From positions 1-49,219 of IMG/VR virus record IMGVR_UViG_3300036805_000110: a DNA stretch of 49,219 nt, one strand, 5' to 3'. Source of the DNA: a virus (taxonomy: Duplodnaviria; Caudoviricetes). Under the pieces are notes generated by a model. The model was not told the origin of the DNA, ran no database searches, and saw only the letters and a program-made list of their open reading frames with translations. A program made the translations under genes and the position numbers. Shown one piece after another: positions 9,422-19,807 of this stretch. Within the stretch, counting starts at the first letter, position 1, and each line of letters opens with the position of its first letter.

Positions 9422-10050
9422 TGCGCGTTAACAAGGGCGCTGACATGCAGAGCGCTGAGATCGGTGGTGGTGTCTATGGGATCGGTGGCACCGCTACCGC
9501 CACCTCGGCGACCAGCCTGACCGCTACTGGCACCCCGTTCGTGGCCAGCGCACTGATCGGTCAGATCGTGGCGGCCGGTTCCGTCTACGGCGTGGTCCTG
9601 TCCAACACCACCTCGGTGCTGACCATCGACCAGTGGTACAACCCGGCCAGCCCGAACTCCACACCAGGCTCGACGCCTAGCTCCACCGTTGTGTACTCGG
9701 TGCTGCCTGGTGCGGCCCCGGCGATGTTCATGGCGATCACTACCGACGCTGCCGCCGCATCAGCCACGGACACCACCTTGGCGTCTGAGGGCTCCACTGC
9801 GGGGTCCGGGATGCTGCGCAAGCCTGGGACGTACGCCCACACCACCAGCGCCACCAGCTACACGATGGCGGTCACGTACACCTACACCAGCACCGACAAC
9901 GGGACCACACGGGTGTTCGCCAAGATCGGCATGTTCAACAGTGTTGTTCCGGTCACCGGGATTATGCAGTTCGAGACGCTGATGAACTTCACCGCTTCCC
10001 TGTCGATTACTGGTGACGCGGTCACGGTCACCCAGACCGTCACCGAGTAA
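9418..10050 (+). CDS. Putative minor tail protein
   Basis: Thr/Ser/Gly-rich beta protein downstream of the tape measure gene. Confidence 0.65.
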   Translation: MMRVNKGADMQSAEIGGGVYGIGGTATATSATSLTATGTPFVASALIGQIVAAGSVYGVVLSNTTSVLTIDQWYNPASPNSTPGSTPSSTVVYSVLPGAAPAMFMAITTDAAAASATDTTLASEGSTAGSGMLRKPGTYAHTTSATSYTMAVTYTYTSTDNGTTRVFAKIGMFNSVVPVTGIMQFETLMNFTASLSITGDAVTVTQTVTE

Positions 10051-10064
10051 AGGGGGGCTGCTGA

Positions 10065-10616
10065 ATGAGCCTCCAAACGTGGGGCGAGACTCTGATCTCC
10101 TCCCAGGTCGATGGTACGGCGCTCAATACCTCGACAACGGCAACGGCAATCGAGCCGCCAGCCGCGCGGTTCACCTTACCGGCGAACTTTTTTGTGCCCG
10201 GTAAGGTGCTGCGGGTCAACGCATGGGGCCGGATCTCTAACCTGGCCTCAGCCGCGCTGACCCTCGATATGCGTTTCAATACCAGCTCGGTTGTTTTCAA
10301 CGGCGGCGCGATGACACTCAACTCGACAGCGAAAACAAACGTTTCGTGGCGACTAATTATGATGCTCACCTGCCGCAGTATCGGTAATGGCACAGTGGCG
10401 ACCATAATGGGTCAGGGCGACTTTACGTCTGAGGCTGTGTCGGGTTCGGCTGTAGGTGTAGCCAATGACGTAATGATGCCCACTTCCGCACCCGCAGTGG
10501 GTACCGGTTTTGACTCCACGGTGGCGCAAACCGTGGACCTGTTCGCCACCTGGGGCGCATCGTCATCGTCCAACAGCATTCAGGTGCACCAGTACACGTT
10601 GGAGAGCATGAACTAG
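10065..10616 (+). CDS. Putative minor tail protein
   Basis: Thr/Ser-rich beta protein with a G-run RBS. Confidence 0.65.
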   Translation: MSLQTWGETLISSQVDGTALNTSTTATAIEPPAARFTLPANFFVPGKVLRVNAWGRISNLASAALTLDMRFNTSSVVFNGGAMTLNSTAKTNVSWRLIMMLTCRSIGNGTVATIMGQGDFTSEAVSGSAVGVANDVMMPTSAPAVGTGFDSTVAQTVDLFATWGASSSSNSIQVHQYTLESMN

Positions 10617-10635
10617 TCGACGGGGCGGATTCGCT

Positions 10636-13600
10636 ATGCCGATCAGCATTGACCTAGCGAATTCACCCCCCGTCGTTGAAGTCACCGGTAGCACGGGCAC
10701 GGCCACCTCGGCGTCGTTTACGCCCAAGGCGGGGCAGCTTGTCGTAGTGATGGCCGTGGCAGGGTGGTGCGCCACGCCACCGGTCACCATTGCGTGTAGT
10801 GACTCCGGGCTGCACACGTGGATAGCGTCCGCGCCAGCGACCGGTGCGACTACTAACAATGGTGGTGCCGCGCAGGTATTCTGTTGCTACTTTCCGACCT
10901 CGCCTGGCGCGATCACGGTCACGCTCACCTATACCGGTCTCAGTACCGGCGGTGGGAAGTTCGCTGACATTCTGTTGGTGAACCGTGCCAACGCGGTACA
11001 GGACGGTACCAGCGCAGCTAATGTCACCGTCACCAGCACTGTCGGGTCTGTTTCGATTACACCCACGCGGCTGCGTTCGTGGATATTCGGGGCAACGGAC
11101 AGTAGTTCTAACGCCACCTCGACATGGGCAGCCAACGCCAGTACTACCCAGGACGTCAACTGGGTCAACACTACTGACGCCATTGTTGCGGTCGGGTGGC
11201 TCAATGCTGCCGACCTACCCCCCGGTACACCCGTAACGCTCGGTGGCACGTTCTCTGCCACGGTCACCGCCAACATCGCGGCAATGGAGATCGTTCCGGC
11301 GCCTGATGTGGGTTTCAAATCCACTTCCTGGCACCCAGGAAAGGGTCCTAGCAAACGGGCACGGTTCTATAAGACTCGCCGTGATACGACGGTCGTGGCA
11401 TCGTCCAACGTCAACCTGATCGCTGCTGTCAGCGACAGTGCACCGGCGTCGGACACGGTCGCGGTCAGCGCGATCATCACCACCCGCGCGGTCTCTGATG
11501 TTGCCCCGGCTAGCGATGCGGTCGCCACATCGGCAGTGGTGGTTTCCCGGACCTGCTCGGACACTGCCGGCGCCAGCGACGCTGTTGTCCGGTCCACGGT
11601 GGCCACCAGCAGGACGGTCACCGACACAGCGGCTGCCAGCGACGCCGTCACCCGTGGAGTCCAGGGCTTCACCCGTGGGGCCTCGGATTCCGCTCTCGCC
11701 AGCGACACGGTCGCCCGTGGGTCGGTTGTGGTGTCCCGGTCGGTCACCGACACCGCCCCGGCAGCCGATTCCGTGGCGCGCGGCGTGGTGTCGGTGTCCC
11801 GCACGGTGGTCGACTCGGCACCTGCCAGTGACGTGGTGGCGCGGTCGGTGGTGGCGCGGGCCCGCACGGTCAGCGACACAGCAGCAGCGGTGGATGCGGT
11901 CACCCGCTCCGTGGTGGCTGTTTCCCGATCGGTCAGCGATGCGGCCAGCGCGGTGGATGCGGTCGCCCGTGGTGTGGTCGCCCCGGTCCGGGTGGTCGTG
12001 GATTCGGCGCCGGCATCCGATGTGGTCACGCGCGGCGCGGTGGCGCCCACACGGACTGTCAGCGACAACGCACCGGCAACCGACACGGTTAGCCGGGGGA
12101 TCACGGTCGGCCGGGCAGCGGCTGACTCAGCGCCAGCTACCGACACCGTGGCCCGGTCGGCCCGGTCGTCAACACGGGTTGTCGCGGATACCGCCAGCGC
12201 GGCCGACAGTGTTGTGCGCGGTCTGGTGGTGGTGGCGAGGTCGGTCACTGACGCGGCCTCAGCGGTCGACTCAGTGGCGCGCGGTGCCCAGTCCAGCACC
12301 AGGACGGTGGCCGACCTCGCACCAGCGGTAGACGCGGTCACCAGGGTCCAGGTCCTGGCTGGTCGCACCGTGGCCGATTCGGCACCCGCCACCGACGCGG
12401 TCTCACGTGCACTGGTGGCGCGGGCCCGCACAGCGGCTGATACGGCCTCAGCGGCCGATGTGGTGACCCGTGGGCTGGTGGTGGTGTCCCGGACAGTCGT
12501 GGACACTGCGACGGCAGCAGACGCGGTCACACGGGCCACTGTCGTGGTGTCGCGGTCGGTGGCCGATTCGGCACCGGCAGTTGACGCGGCCAGCTCGGCG
12601 GCTTCCCAGCACCCGGCGGTCGCGGATTCGGCACCGGCGTCCGACGTCGTGGCCCGGTCGGTCCAGGCTTCCGCCAGGGCTGTTGCTGACACCGCAGCGG
12701 CCAGCGATGTGGTGGTTCGTGGGGTGGTGGCCCCGGCCAGGGTGGTCACCGACACTGCACCGGTCTCGGATGTGGTGGCGCGCGCGGTTTTGTCTCTTAC
12801 CCGCACGCTAAGCGACAACGCGCCAGCCAGCGACGTGGTGGCCCGTTCGGTCACCTCGGTGTCCCGGACCGTCGCGGACACCGCACTGGCAGCCGATGTG
12901 GTGGCGCGCTCGCCGGTGGCCGGCATCCGGGTAGCAGCCGACTCGGCACCGGCCAGTGACGCGGTCACTAAGGGCGTCCAGGGCCTCGCTAGGACCGTGG
13001 CCGACACGGCACCGGCATCCGATGTGGTCACACGGGCTGGTTTGGGTTTGCCCCGGACCGCCACCGACACCGCACCGGCCAGCGATGCGGTCTCGAGAGC
13101 GCCCGTCGCACGGGCACGGACCGTTTCGGATCTGGCACCAGCCATCGACACGGCCAGCCCAGGCAACGTCACCGCGATCACCGACAACGCACCGGCCACT
13201 GACGTGGTCGCACGAGCACCGGTGTCTCGGCAACGCACAGCCGCTGATACAGCGTCGGCCGCTGACGTGGTGGCACGCGGGCCTCGCCTGTCGCTGCGCC
13301 TGGTGTCGGACGCCGCGCTGGCCGCTGACGCGGTCACACACAACATCGCGGTCCTGCGGGCCTTAGCTGACTCCGCGCCAGCGTCCGACGTCGTCACACG
13401 GGCGTTCGGGTGGACCCGCACCGCCACAGATCTGGCCACCGCCAGCGACCTGGTGACCCGTGGGCTGATCAACGAAGGCCGCACCGCAGCCGACACCGCC
13501 CACGCGGTCGATGGCATCCCCGGTCGGTTCGTGTTGTTCGTGCGGACCGTCATCGACTCCGTACCCGTCAGTGACATCGCCACCAGCAGCGAAGTGGAAG

Positions 13601-13812
13601 TCGCTGCGGTGTGGCCACCGGCGGTCCTCAGCGCGGTGCTCACCGGTGCGGTAGCAGCGACCAGCGCCACGGTGGGCAGCGCCATGTCCGGCATCACCGG
13701 GATGGTCACCGGCCCCGCGTCGGGGGTCTCCGGGGTGGTGGTGACTCCAGCGACTGCCACCGGTGGGTCAGTCACCACCACCAGCACCGCGACCGGCGGG
13801 TCCGTCCACTAA
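10636..13812 (+). CDS. Large virion/fibre-like protein with ~35 tandem ~21-aa repeats
   Basis: N-terminal beta domain followed by repeats of consensus RTVADxAPAxDVVxRxVVxx. Confidence 0.8.
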   Translation: MPISIDLANSPPVVEVTGSTGTATSASFTPKAGQLVVVMAVAGWCATPPVTIACSDSGLHTWIASAPATGATTNNGGAAQVFCCYFPTSPGAITVTLTYTGLSTGGGKFADILLVNRANAVQDGTSAANVTVTSTVGSVSITPTRLRSWIFGATDSSSNATSTWAANASTTQDVNWVNTTDAIVAVGWLNAADLPPGTPVTLGGTFSATVTANIAAMEIVPAPDVGFKSTSWHPGKGPSKRARFYKTRRDTTVVASSNVNLIAAVSDSAPASDTVAVSAIITTRAVSDVAPASDAVATSAVVVSRTCSDTAGASDAVVRSTVATSRTVTDTAAASDAVTRGVQGFTRGASDSALASDTVARGSVVVSRSVTDTAPAADSVARGVVSVSRTVVDSAPASDVVARSVVARARTVSDTAAAVDAVTRSVVAVSRSVSDAASAVDAVARGVVAPVRVVVDSAPASDVVTRGAVAPTRTVSDNAPATDTVSRGITVGRAAADSAPATDTVARSARSSTRVVADTASAADSVVRGLVVVARSVTDAASAVDSVARGAQSSTRTVADLAPAVDAVTRVQVLAGRTVADSAPATDAVSRALVARARTAADTASAADVVTRGLVVVSRTVVDTATAADAVTRATVVVSRSVADSAPAVDAASSAASQHPAVADSAPASDVVARSVQASARAVADTAAASDVVVRGVVAPARVVTDTAPVSDVVARAVLSLTRTLSDNAPASDVVARSVTSVSRTVADTALAADVVARSPVAGIRVAADSAPASDAVTKGVQGLARTVADTAPASDVVTRAGLGLPRTATDTAPASDAVSRAPVARARTVSDLAPAIDTASPGNVTAITDNAPATDVVARAPVSRQRTAADTASAADVVARGPRLSLRLVSDAALAADAVTHNIAVLRALADSAPASDVVTRAFGWTRTATDLATASDLVTRGLINEGRTAADTAHAVDGIPGRFVLFVRTVIDSVPVSDIATSSEVEVAAVWPPAVLSAVLTGAVAATSATVGSAMSGITGMVTGPASGVSGVVVTPATATGGSVTTTSTATGGSVH
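11425..13590 (+). repeat. Degenerate coding tandem repeat, ~63-nt unit, ~35 copies
   Basis: 35 D-x-A-x-x-x-D units counted by eye in the translation, mostly 21 aa apart. Confidence 0.8.
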
Positions 13813-13822
13813 CTAAAGGGGG

Positions 13823-14218
13823 GTGGCCGTGGCGTTAATTGCCGCGTCGATTCTGCAACTGAACCTGAATTTCAAGCAGGGCGCGGACGCGCTGGTGGCC
13901 CTGACGGTGGTCGACGCCAACGGTGCACCGATCACCGACCCCACCGGCTACTCGGTACGCGCCCAGATCCGGGTCACCCCCTCCGGGCCGGTGCTGTTCG
14001 AGTGGAACACCACCCCCGGTGCCGGCATCGGCACCGCCACGATCACCTACACCGAGATGACCCAAACCACGACCGTCGCCCTGGTCCTGACCAAGGCCCA
14101 GTCAGCGCTGTTCACGTGGGGTTCGGCGCTCTGGGACTGCGTGGTGACCAGCTCAGCCAACCAAACCGCGTGCATCGCTGAGGGAACCGTGGCGATCGAC
14201 CCAGCGATCACCTACTAG
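13823..14218 (+). CDS. Putative tail-associated protein
   Basis: 131 aa beta protein (QGAD...YSVRAQIR...WDCVV...EGTV) typical of tail regions. Confidence 0.65.
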   Translation: MAVALIAASILQLNLNFKQGADALVALTVVDANGAPITDPTGYSVRAQIRVTPSGPVLFEWNTTPGAGIGTATITYTEMTQTTTVALVLTKAQSALFTWGSALWDCVVTSSANQTACIAEGTVAIDPAITY

Positions 14219-14227
14219 CCGGGGGAG

Positions 14228-16828
14228 GTGCCTGTGGCCACGGTCTTGGCTAACCCCAACTTCCCCATCGGATCGTTTGAGGTGGACTTCGGGTCCGCGA
14301 ACGGCCCACCGGACACCCCCACCACCGCCCGGTTGAGCATCAACGCCGCGTACCGGCGGCTGGCCGTGCGGGAGTTCTCCGTCGACCGTGGCCGGCAGTA
14401 CGAGCTCGACCAGATCCAGGCCGGGACGTTGGTCGCTAACGTGTTCGATCCCCTGGAGCTGTTCAACGTCGCCAACGCGACCAGCCCGTTCAACACCGGC
14501 TCCAACATCGTCACCCCGTACCGGCCGGTGTGGAACTGGTGGATGTGGCCTAACCAGCCGGGATCAGGGAATATTCTGAATCCCCTTGTCCACACCGACT
14601 ATGACCCCTCTTTCGAGCTGAACCCCGATAGCGCTCTCGGGTTGTGGGTCGCCGCCGGTGGCACCACCACCCTCGCCCAGTCCACGGCACAGCACTTCGA
14701 CGGCACCCACGCACTGCTGGTCACCCAGTCCGCTGCCGGTGCCGGGTTCGGGGCACGGAACACCTTCCGGACCGCCCCGGACCTGACCTACACGTTCTCC
14801 TGCTACGTGTTCCTGACCGCCCAAGCTGGTCTTTCGGTCACGGTGCAGGTCGTCGACGCCAACGGTGTCACCCACTCCTCGACGTCCACGAGCACCCAAG
14901 GGTCCTGGCAGCGCCTGTCGGTCACGTGGAACACCGTGGACACCTTGGAGCCGGTCACCGTCTATGGGACTGGTGTCGCTGCCCCGACGTTCTATATCGA
15001 CGCCACCATGTTGGAGTTCGGGGCTGCCCTCCACGCGTTCACCACGACCGGGCCGACGCTGTACGTCCTTTATTCGGGGTGGGTGGAGCGGTTCCCCACG
15101 ACCTACGACATGTCGGGGTTCCGCGCCACCAGGCCCCTGGCTGCGGTGGATGCCCTCGCGATCCTGTCCCGGACCGCTGTCTCCCAGTCGTACACGGCGA
15201 CGATCACCGCTGACGCCCCAGTGGCCTACGCACCGATGAGCAACAGCAAACCCGCCACCTCCGGTGGTGCGTTGTCCACCGGCAGCGAAACCGCGAAGAT
15301 CACCGGCAGCAACATCACCGGTAACCCCATTTACCACCCGTCCGACTCAGGGACAATCAACTGGGGTGGCGACTCCCAACCAGACGGCACCACCTCTGTG
15401 GTCCTGCAACAAAACAACCCATACAACCCGCCCAAGGTCGGTCACACGGTCGGCACATACCCCGATGAGCAGCAAAGCGTGTTCGATGTGATCCCGGCTG
15501 GGATCACCGTGGCTAACACAGCCGCGACAATTGAAATGTGGGTGAAGTTCTCCCAAGGTGTTGTGCTGTTGATGCAGCTGCTGTCCACAGCGGTCCACGG
15601 TGGTGGATTGAACACCGAATTGGGGTTCTTCGCGTCCAATTCCCAGAACCATTTGGAGCTTTACACATCCGGTGGGAAACTCCTATTCCATATTGTGGAT
15701 GCGGTAGCTGGGTACGCTAACCTGTTTGACGTCGCCAACTTCACCATTCCCGGTGCCGGGTTCCCTGATGAGCAATGGCATTACTACGCGATCACGTTCT
15801 ACAGTGCATCTGGGTCGCCAGGTGTGGCGTTGACCTATGACGCTGTTGAAACTGACGTGGCCGCACCGGCAGGGGTCAGGAACTACGGGTTCACGAACCT
15901 GCACCACGAGGCGACCACCGACTACGGCGACACCCAGTCCCAGGCCAGCATCGCCCGTTTCGCGGTGTACAACCGGGACATCGGGGCTGCCGCACGCCAA
16001 GCACACTTTCAGCGCGGCGTGGGGTGGATCAACGAGATCTCCGGGGCGAGGGTCGCCCGACTACTGGCGCTGTACTGGGGTGGTGCCACGTCGGTCGCCC
16101 CTGGGGTTATGGCGCTGGCACCGGACTTCCAATATGACCCCGCTGACGGGTCCCAACCACGAGTGATGCTCGACATACTCCAAGAGATCCAGGAGTCCGA
16201 GCGCGGTTTGGTGTACGCCGCGAAAAACGGCACGGTCGTATTCGAGGACCGCACCAGCCGGTACACCGCAGGCCAAACCGCTTTGTGGGTGTTCGGGGAG
16301 AACCCCGCTGGCTCCAGCCCAGTGGAGTACCCCTATTTGGATTACGCCGAAGACGTCGATCCCACCTACACGTTCTCCCAGGCGAACTTGTCTCGCCCGG
16401 CGAACAATAACTTCGCGCCGATCGTGAATGCCACGACCCAAGCGAAGTACGGGCAACGGATTCTGACCCAAACGGTGCAGTGCAACACCGATGAGGATTT
16501 GACCCAGGCTGGGATCTTCTACACCAGCAGGTATGCCACGCCGCTGCCACGGATCGCGAAGCTGACGCTTAACCCGGCCGCGAATCCGGTGTTGTGGCCG
16601 GTGGTGTTGTCCCTGGAGCTCTCTCAGCGGGTCACGGTGAAGCGCCGCAACGCCGGGTTGACGGTGTCGCGGGATTACTACATCGAGAAGGTCTCTCACA
16701 AGGTCAACTCTGACGACGGCACATGGATAGTTGATCTCCAATTGTCACCGGTGTTCGTCACGTCAGCGTGGGTGCTGGCTGACGCCACTTACGGGGTGCT
16801 GGGGACCACGACCACGCCCGTCTACTAG
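14228..16828 (+). CDS. Large tail-tip protein with carbohydrate-binding and LamG/concanavalin-like domains
   Basis: 866 aa. DRGRQYELDQIQAGT N-terminus, CBM-like segment (WQRLSVT...FYIDATMLE), LamG-like TIEMWVK / DEQWHYYAIT. Confidence 0.75.
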   Translation: MPVATVLANPNFPIGSFEVDFGSANGPPDTPTTARLSINAAYRRLAVREFSVDRGRQYELDQIQAGTLVANVFDPLELFNVANATSPFNTGSNIVTPYRPVWNWWMWPNQPGSGNILNPLVHTDYDPSFELNPDSALGLWVAAGGTTTLAQSTAQHFDGTHALLVTQSAAGAGFGARNTFRTAPDLTYTFSCYVFLTAQAGLSVTVQVVDANGVTHSSTSTSTQGSWQRLSVTWNTVDTLEPVTVYGTGVAAPTFYIDATMLEFGAALHAFTTTGPTLYVLYSGWVERFPTTYDMSGFRATRPLAAVDALAILSRTAVSQSYTATITADAPVAYAPMSNSKPATSGGALSTGSETAKITGSNITGNPIYHPSDSGTINWGGDSQPDGTTSVVLQQNNPYNPPKVGHTVGTYPDEQQSVFDVIPAGITVANTAATIEMWVKFSQGVVLLMQLLSTAVHGGGLNTELGFFASNSQNHLELYTSGGKLLFHIVDAVAGYANLFDVANFTIPGAGFPDEQWHYYAITFYSASGSPGVALTYDAVETDVAAPAGVRNYGFTNLHHEATTDYGDTQSQASIARFAVYNRDIGAAARQAHFQRGVGWINEISGARVARLLALYWGGATSVAPGVMALAPDFQYDPADGSQPRVMLDILQEIQESERGLVYAAKNGTVVFEDRTSRYTAGQTALWVFGENPAGSSPVEYPYLDYAEDVDPTYTFSQANLSRPANNNFAPIVNATTQAKYGQRILTQTVQCNTDEDLTQAGIFYTSRYATPLPRIAKLTLNPAANPVLWPVVLSLELSQRVTVKRRNAGLTVSRDYYIEKVSHKVNSDDGTWIVDLQLSPVFVTSAWVLADATYGVLGTTTTPVY

Positions 16829-16849
16829 CTGGGGGTGCCGCCGGTGACC

Positions 16850-17401
16850 ATGCCCACGTTCACTGACGGCACCATTCCCACCGCCTCGATCCTCAACACC
16901 CTCGCCACGGGCATAAACAACCTGGGGACCCTGCTCACTGGGATCGCCGCCACGAGGCAGTTCATTCCCTCATCGTCGGCATACATCAACACCACCCACG
17001 CGATCCCCACCTCAGCGGACACCATCGTCAGCTTCGACACCACCACCATCAACGACGACTACCTGTGGATTCCCTCCGTGGGCCACCCCGTCGTCAACAC
17101 CGCCGGCAACTACATCTGCTGGGCGCAAGTCAACTTCGACTACAACGCCACCGGGATCAGGGCCGCGCACCTCCTCCTCAACGGCACGTCCGTGGCCTCC
17201 AACTCGATCGCCGCCGGGTCCGGTAACCCCGCCAACGTGGTCGGCAACATCGGCACAGCGTTCCTGTGCATCAGCCCCCCAGTGGCCCTGGCTGTCGGCG
17301 CCAACGTCTACCTGTCGGTGTTCCAAAGCTCCGGGGGGCCACTGAACTTGATCCCCAACGAGTCCGGGACGTCGCTGTCTCTGATCCGGATCGGTGACTG
17401 A
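16850..17401 (+). CDS. Putative tail-tip/receptor-binding protein, paralog 1
   Basis: MPTFTDG...LN.L..G.N.L...SLIRIGD. Clearly homologous to the next two ORFs (ORF track start 16835). Confidence 0.7.
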   Translation: MPTFTDGTIPTASILNTLATGINNLGTLLTGIAATRQFIPSSSAYINTTHAIPTSADTIVSFDTTTINDDYLWIPSVGHPVVNTAGNYICWAQVNFDYNATGIRAAHLLLNGTSVASNSIAAGSGNPANVVGNIGTAFLCISPPVALAVGANVYLSVFQSSGGPLNLIPNESGTSLSLIRIGD

Positions 17402-17961
17402 TGACGACACCGATGCCGACGTTCGTTGATGCCACGATCGTCCACCAGTGGCAGCTCAACCGCCTCGCCAGCGGGATCTCGAACCTGTCCCTTCTGCTTA
17501 ACGGGGTCGCCCCGCCGCGCACCTACATTCCGGCCGTGTCGGCGAACATCAACGCCTCACAGTCCATCCCCAACGCAGTGGACACAACCGTCGCGTGGAA
17601 CACCACCAGCATCAATAACGACACCATGTGGGCTTCCGCGTCCGGGTCCCAACTCACCCTGCAAACAGGTGGGGTGTACATCGCGCGGGCACAAACCCAT
17701 TTCGCGGTCAACGCCACCGGAACCCGCGCCTGCCACATCCTGCTCAACGGGACCAACATCATCGCCAACTCGGTGGCGGTCACCGCAGTCAACGCGGTCG
17801 GGGTCAGCGCCGACACCCTTTTCACCGCCATGACCCCACCGATGCGCCTCGCGCCCGGCGCGACTTTGTACTTGTCGGTGTTCCAGAACTCAGGTGGAGC
17901 ATTGAGCCTCATCACGACCCTTTCCGGGACGTCCCTGTCTCTGATCAGGATAGGGAACTAG
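17401..17961 (+). CDS. Putative tail-tip/receptor-binding protein, paralog 2
   Basis: MPTFVDA...GVYIARAQTHF...SLIRIGN. Confidence 0.7.
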   Translation: MTTPMPTFVDATIVHQWQLNRLASGISNLSLLLNGVAPPRTYIPAVSANINASQSIPNAVDTTVAWNTTSINNDTMWASASGSQLTLQTGGVYIARAQTHFAVNATGTRACHILLNGTNIIANSVAVTAVNAVGVSADTLFTAMTPPMRLAPGATLYLSVFQNSGGALSLITTLSGTSLSLIRIGN

Positions 17962-17964
17962 CCC

Positions 17965-18519
17965 ATGACGATGCCCACCTTCCTCGACGGGGTCCTAGTC
18001 CACGCCGTATCCCTGACGTCCCTTTCATCAGGGGTGAACGCCCTCAACTCCCTACTGACTGGTGCGGTCGCACCCCGCGCCTATGTGCCCACCGCCACAG
18101 CCCACATCAACGCCCTGCAATCGATCGCGAACAACACCAACACCGTGGTGACCTGGGGCTCCGCTGGGCTCAATAACGACGCCATGTGGGCTTCCGGTTC
18201 GCCCACGTTGTTCACCGTCAAAACCGCTGGGGTTTATATCGCGTGGGCGCAAACACATTTCAGTGCCGCCGCCGGTGGGGTCCGTGCCTGTTACATACTC
18301 CTCAATGGCACCAATATCGCCACCAACACGGTGGCCTCCGCGTTCAGGAACCCACTGAACTCCGGTGACGGCAACTTCTTTTGCTGCGTCACCCCACCAA
18401 TGCAGCTCGCTGTCAATGCGACGTTGGCCGTCGCGGTGTATCAGAACACCGGCGGCTCTCTGAGCCTGGACAACACCGACTCCGGGGCGTTCATGGGAGT
18501 CACCCGTATCGGCAGCTAG
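17965..18519 (+). CDS. Putative tail-tip/receptor-binding protein, paralog 3
   Basis: MPTFLDG...GVYIAWAQTHF...VTRIGS. Confidence 0.7.
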   Translation: MTMPTFLDGVLVHAVSLTSLSSGVNALNSLLTGAVAPRAYVPTATAHINALQSIANNTNTVVTWGSAGLNNDAMWASGSPTLFTVKTAGVYIAWAQTHFSAAAGGVRACYILLNGTNIATNTVASAFRNPLNSGDGNFFCCVTPPMQLAVNATLAVAVYQNTGGSLSLDNTDSGAFMGVTRIGS

Positions 18520-18531
18520 GGAAGGACCTTT

Positions 18532-19014
18532 GTGCTCGCCATTCGCGTAACCGTGTTCCCCGACGTTGGTGGGTTCCCGCCCGCGTCATTCGACCACTTG
18601 CGGCACCTGGAAGTGCACCTCCCCGGTTTGGACCCCGGATGGGCGCACACCCTGATTGACGCCCAGGTCGCCGCCGGTGGTGGCAGCGCGGACCTGACCT
18701 TGCATTCCCAACCCCGCGTGGGTGTGGCCTTGGACCGTGGCCTGCGGATCGTGACGTGGCAACCGGCCGCGCACATCCGCGCGCTCGCCGAGGACGGCAC
18801 CGAGCTGGCCGTGACCAAACTCGATGCCCCCCTCCAGGTCGGCCAGCGCGTTGAGGTCGCCGGTGAGCGCCACAGGGTGGTGGAGGAGTCATGGCCCGGC
18901 CGGCACCCCCGCACGGGGGTGTGCCACGAGGGCCTGGACTACCAGCACGTCACGTTGGTCCTTGACCCCGAACCTCTACACCACCCCACCGCTGACCAGG
19001 AGGCCACCCAGTGA
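18532..19014 (+). CDS. Hypothetical protein
   Basis: GGAAGGA RBS. Fills the operon gap and overlaps the next gene. Confidence 0.6.
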   Translation: MLAIRVTVFPDVGGFPPASFDHLRHLEVHLPGLDPGWAHTLIDAQVAAGGGSADLTLHSQPRVGVALDRGLRIVTWQPAAHIRALAEDGTELAVTKLDAPLQVGQRVEVAGERHRVVEESWPGRHPRTGVCHEGLDYQHVTLVLDPEPLHHPTADQEATQ

Positions 19015-19445
19015 CGACACCAGTTGAGCCGGGTGACGCTCCCCGCACCGAGCTGACCGTCAGGGAACGCCTCCCGATCCCCACCCTGTGGATCACAGCG
19101 GTCCTGCTGGCGTTCGGGCTGGCGCTGATCATCCAGTCGGATCGGTGGACCAAGACACCGGCCTACGGCAACCTGCTGTCCATTTTCAGCGCCGACACGT
19201 GGGGTTACTTCTACGTTGGTGGCGCTGTGCTGATGGCCGCCGGGCTGGCGTGGCGCACGATCCGCCCCATCAGCGTCGCCGCCCACGCCGTGGCTTTCGC
19301 GTTGTTCATGGGGTGGGAGTTCGGTTTCGACGTCCGGTACTTCACCGACAAATCCACCACCATCGCCAACGTCATCGCGTGGCTGACATACGCCGGTTTG
19401 GTCCTATGGTCCGGGCAACTGGTCGATCGGCACGATAAACGGTGA
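19011..19445 (+). CDS. Membrane protein, ~4 TM (lysis-cassette associated)
   Basis: Four hydrophobic segments and AGGAGG RBS. Confidence 0.7.
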   Translation: MTTPVEPGDAPRTELTVRERLPIPTLWITAVLLAFGLALIIQSDRWTKTPAYGNLLSIFSADTWGYFYVGGAVLMAAGLAWRTIRPISVAAHAVAFALFMGWEFGFDVRYFTDKSTTIANVIAWLTYAGLVLWSGQLVDRHDKR

Positions 19446-19807
19446 ACGCCACCGTTGATACGGTCTTCGGTCTTATCATCGCCGCTATCGGAACTATCGC
19501 TTACCCAATGTGGCGCAACAGGAAGAAGGACCAGAACGCCGCCGCTGAGAGCGCCGCATTGGATTCCAGATCGGTGGCTGGAATGTTCAAAGAGGAACGG
19601 GACCGGCTGCAACTGCGGGTTGACACCATGGCCGCCGCGCACCAGCGGCAGATCCGGGATTTGCGTGTCGAGTATGACGCCGCGCTGGCCAGAGCCGAAG
19701 CGAAATGGAAGGCCCAGCACGACGCTGACCAGGTCCAGATCGCTGAGCTGCGAACCGAGGTGACCGGGTTGTACCGGCAGCTCAACGCGCAGCGCCCGGC
19801 GCCGTGA
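19442..19807 (+). CDS. Membrane-anchored coiled-coil protein
   Basis: N-terminal TM followed by a heptad-rich region. GTGA overlaps on both sides. Confidence 0.7.
   Translation: MNATVDTVFGLIIAAIGTIAYPMWRNRKKDQNAAAESAALDSRSVAGMFKEERDRLQLRVDTMAAAHQRQIRDLRVEYDAALARAEAKWKAQHDADQVQIAELRTEVTGLYRQLNAQRPAP

Noticed and set aside
11367-13787. 806-aa antisense ORF
   Set aside because: Shadow of the GC-rich repeat gene on the + strand.
16850-18519. Diversity-generating retroelement or invertible tail-fibre switch
   Set aside because: No reverse transcriptase or invertase, and no near-identical TR/VR pair seen. The paralogs are diverged throughout.
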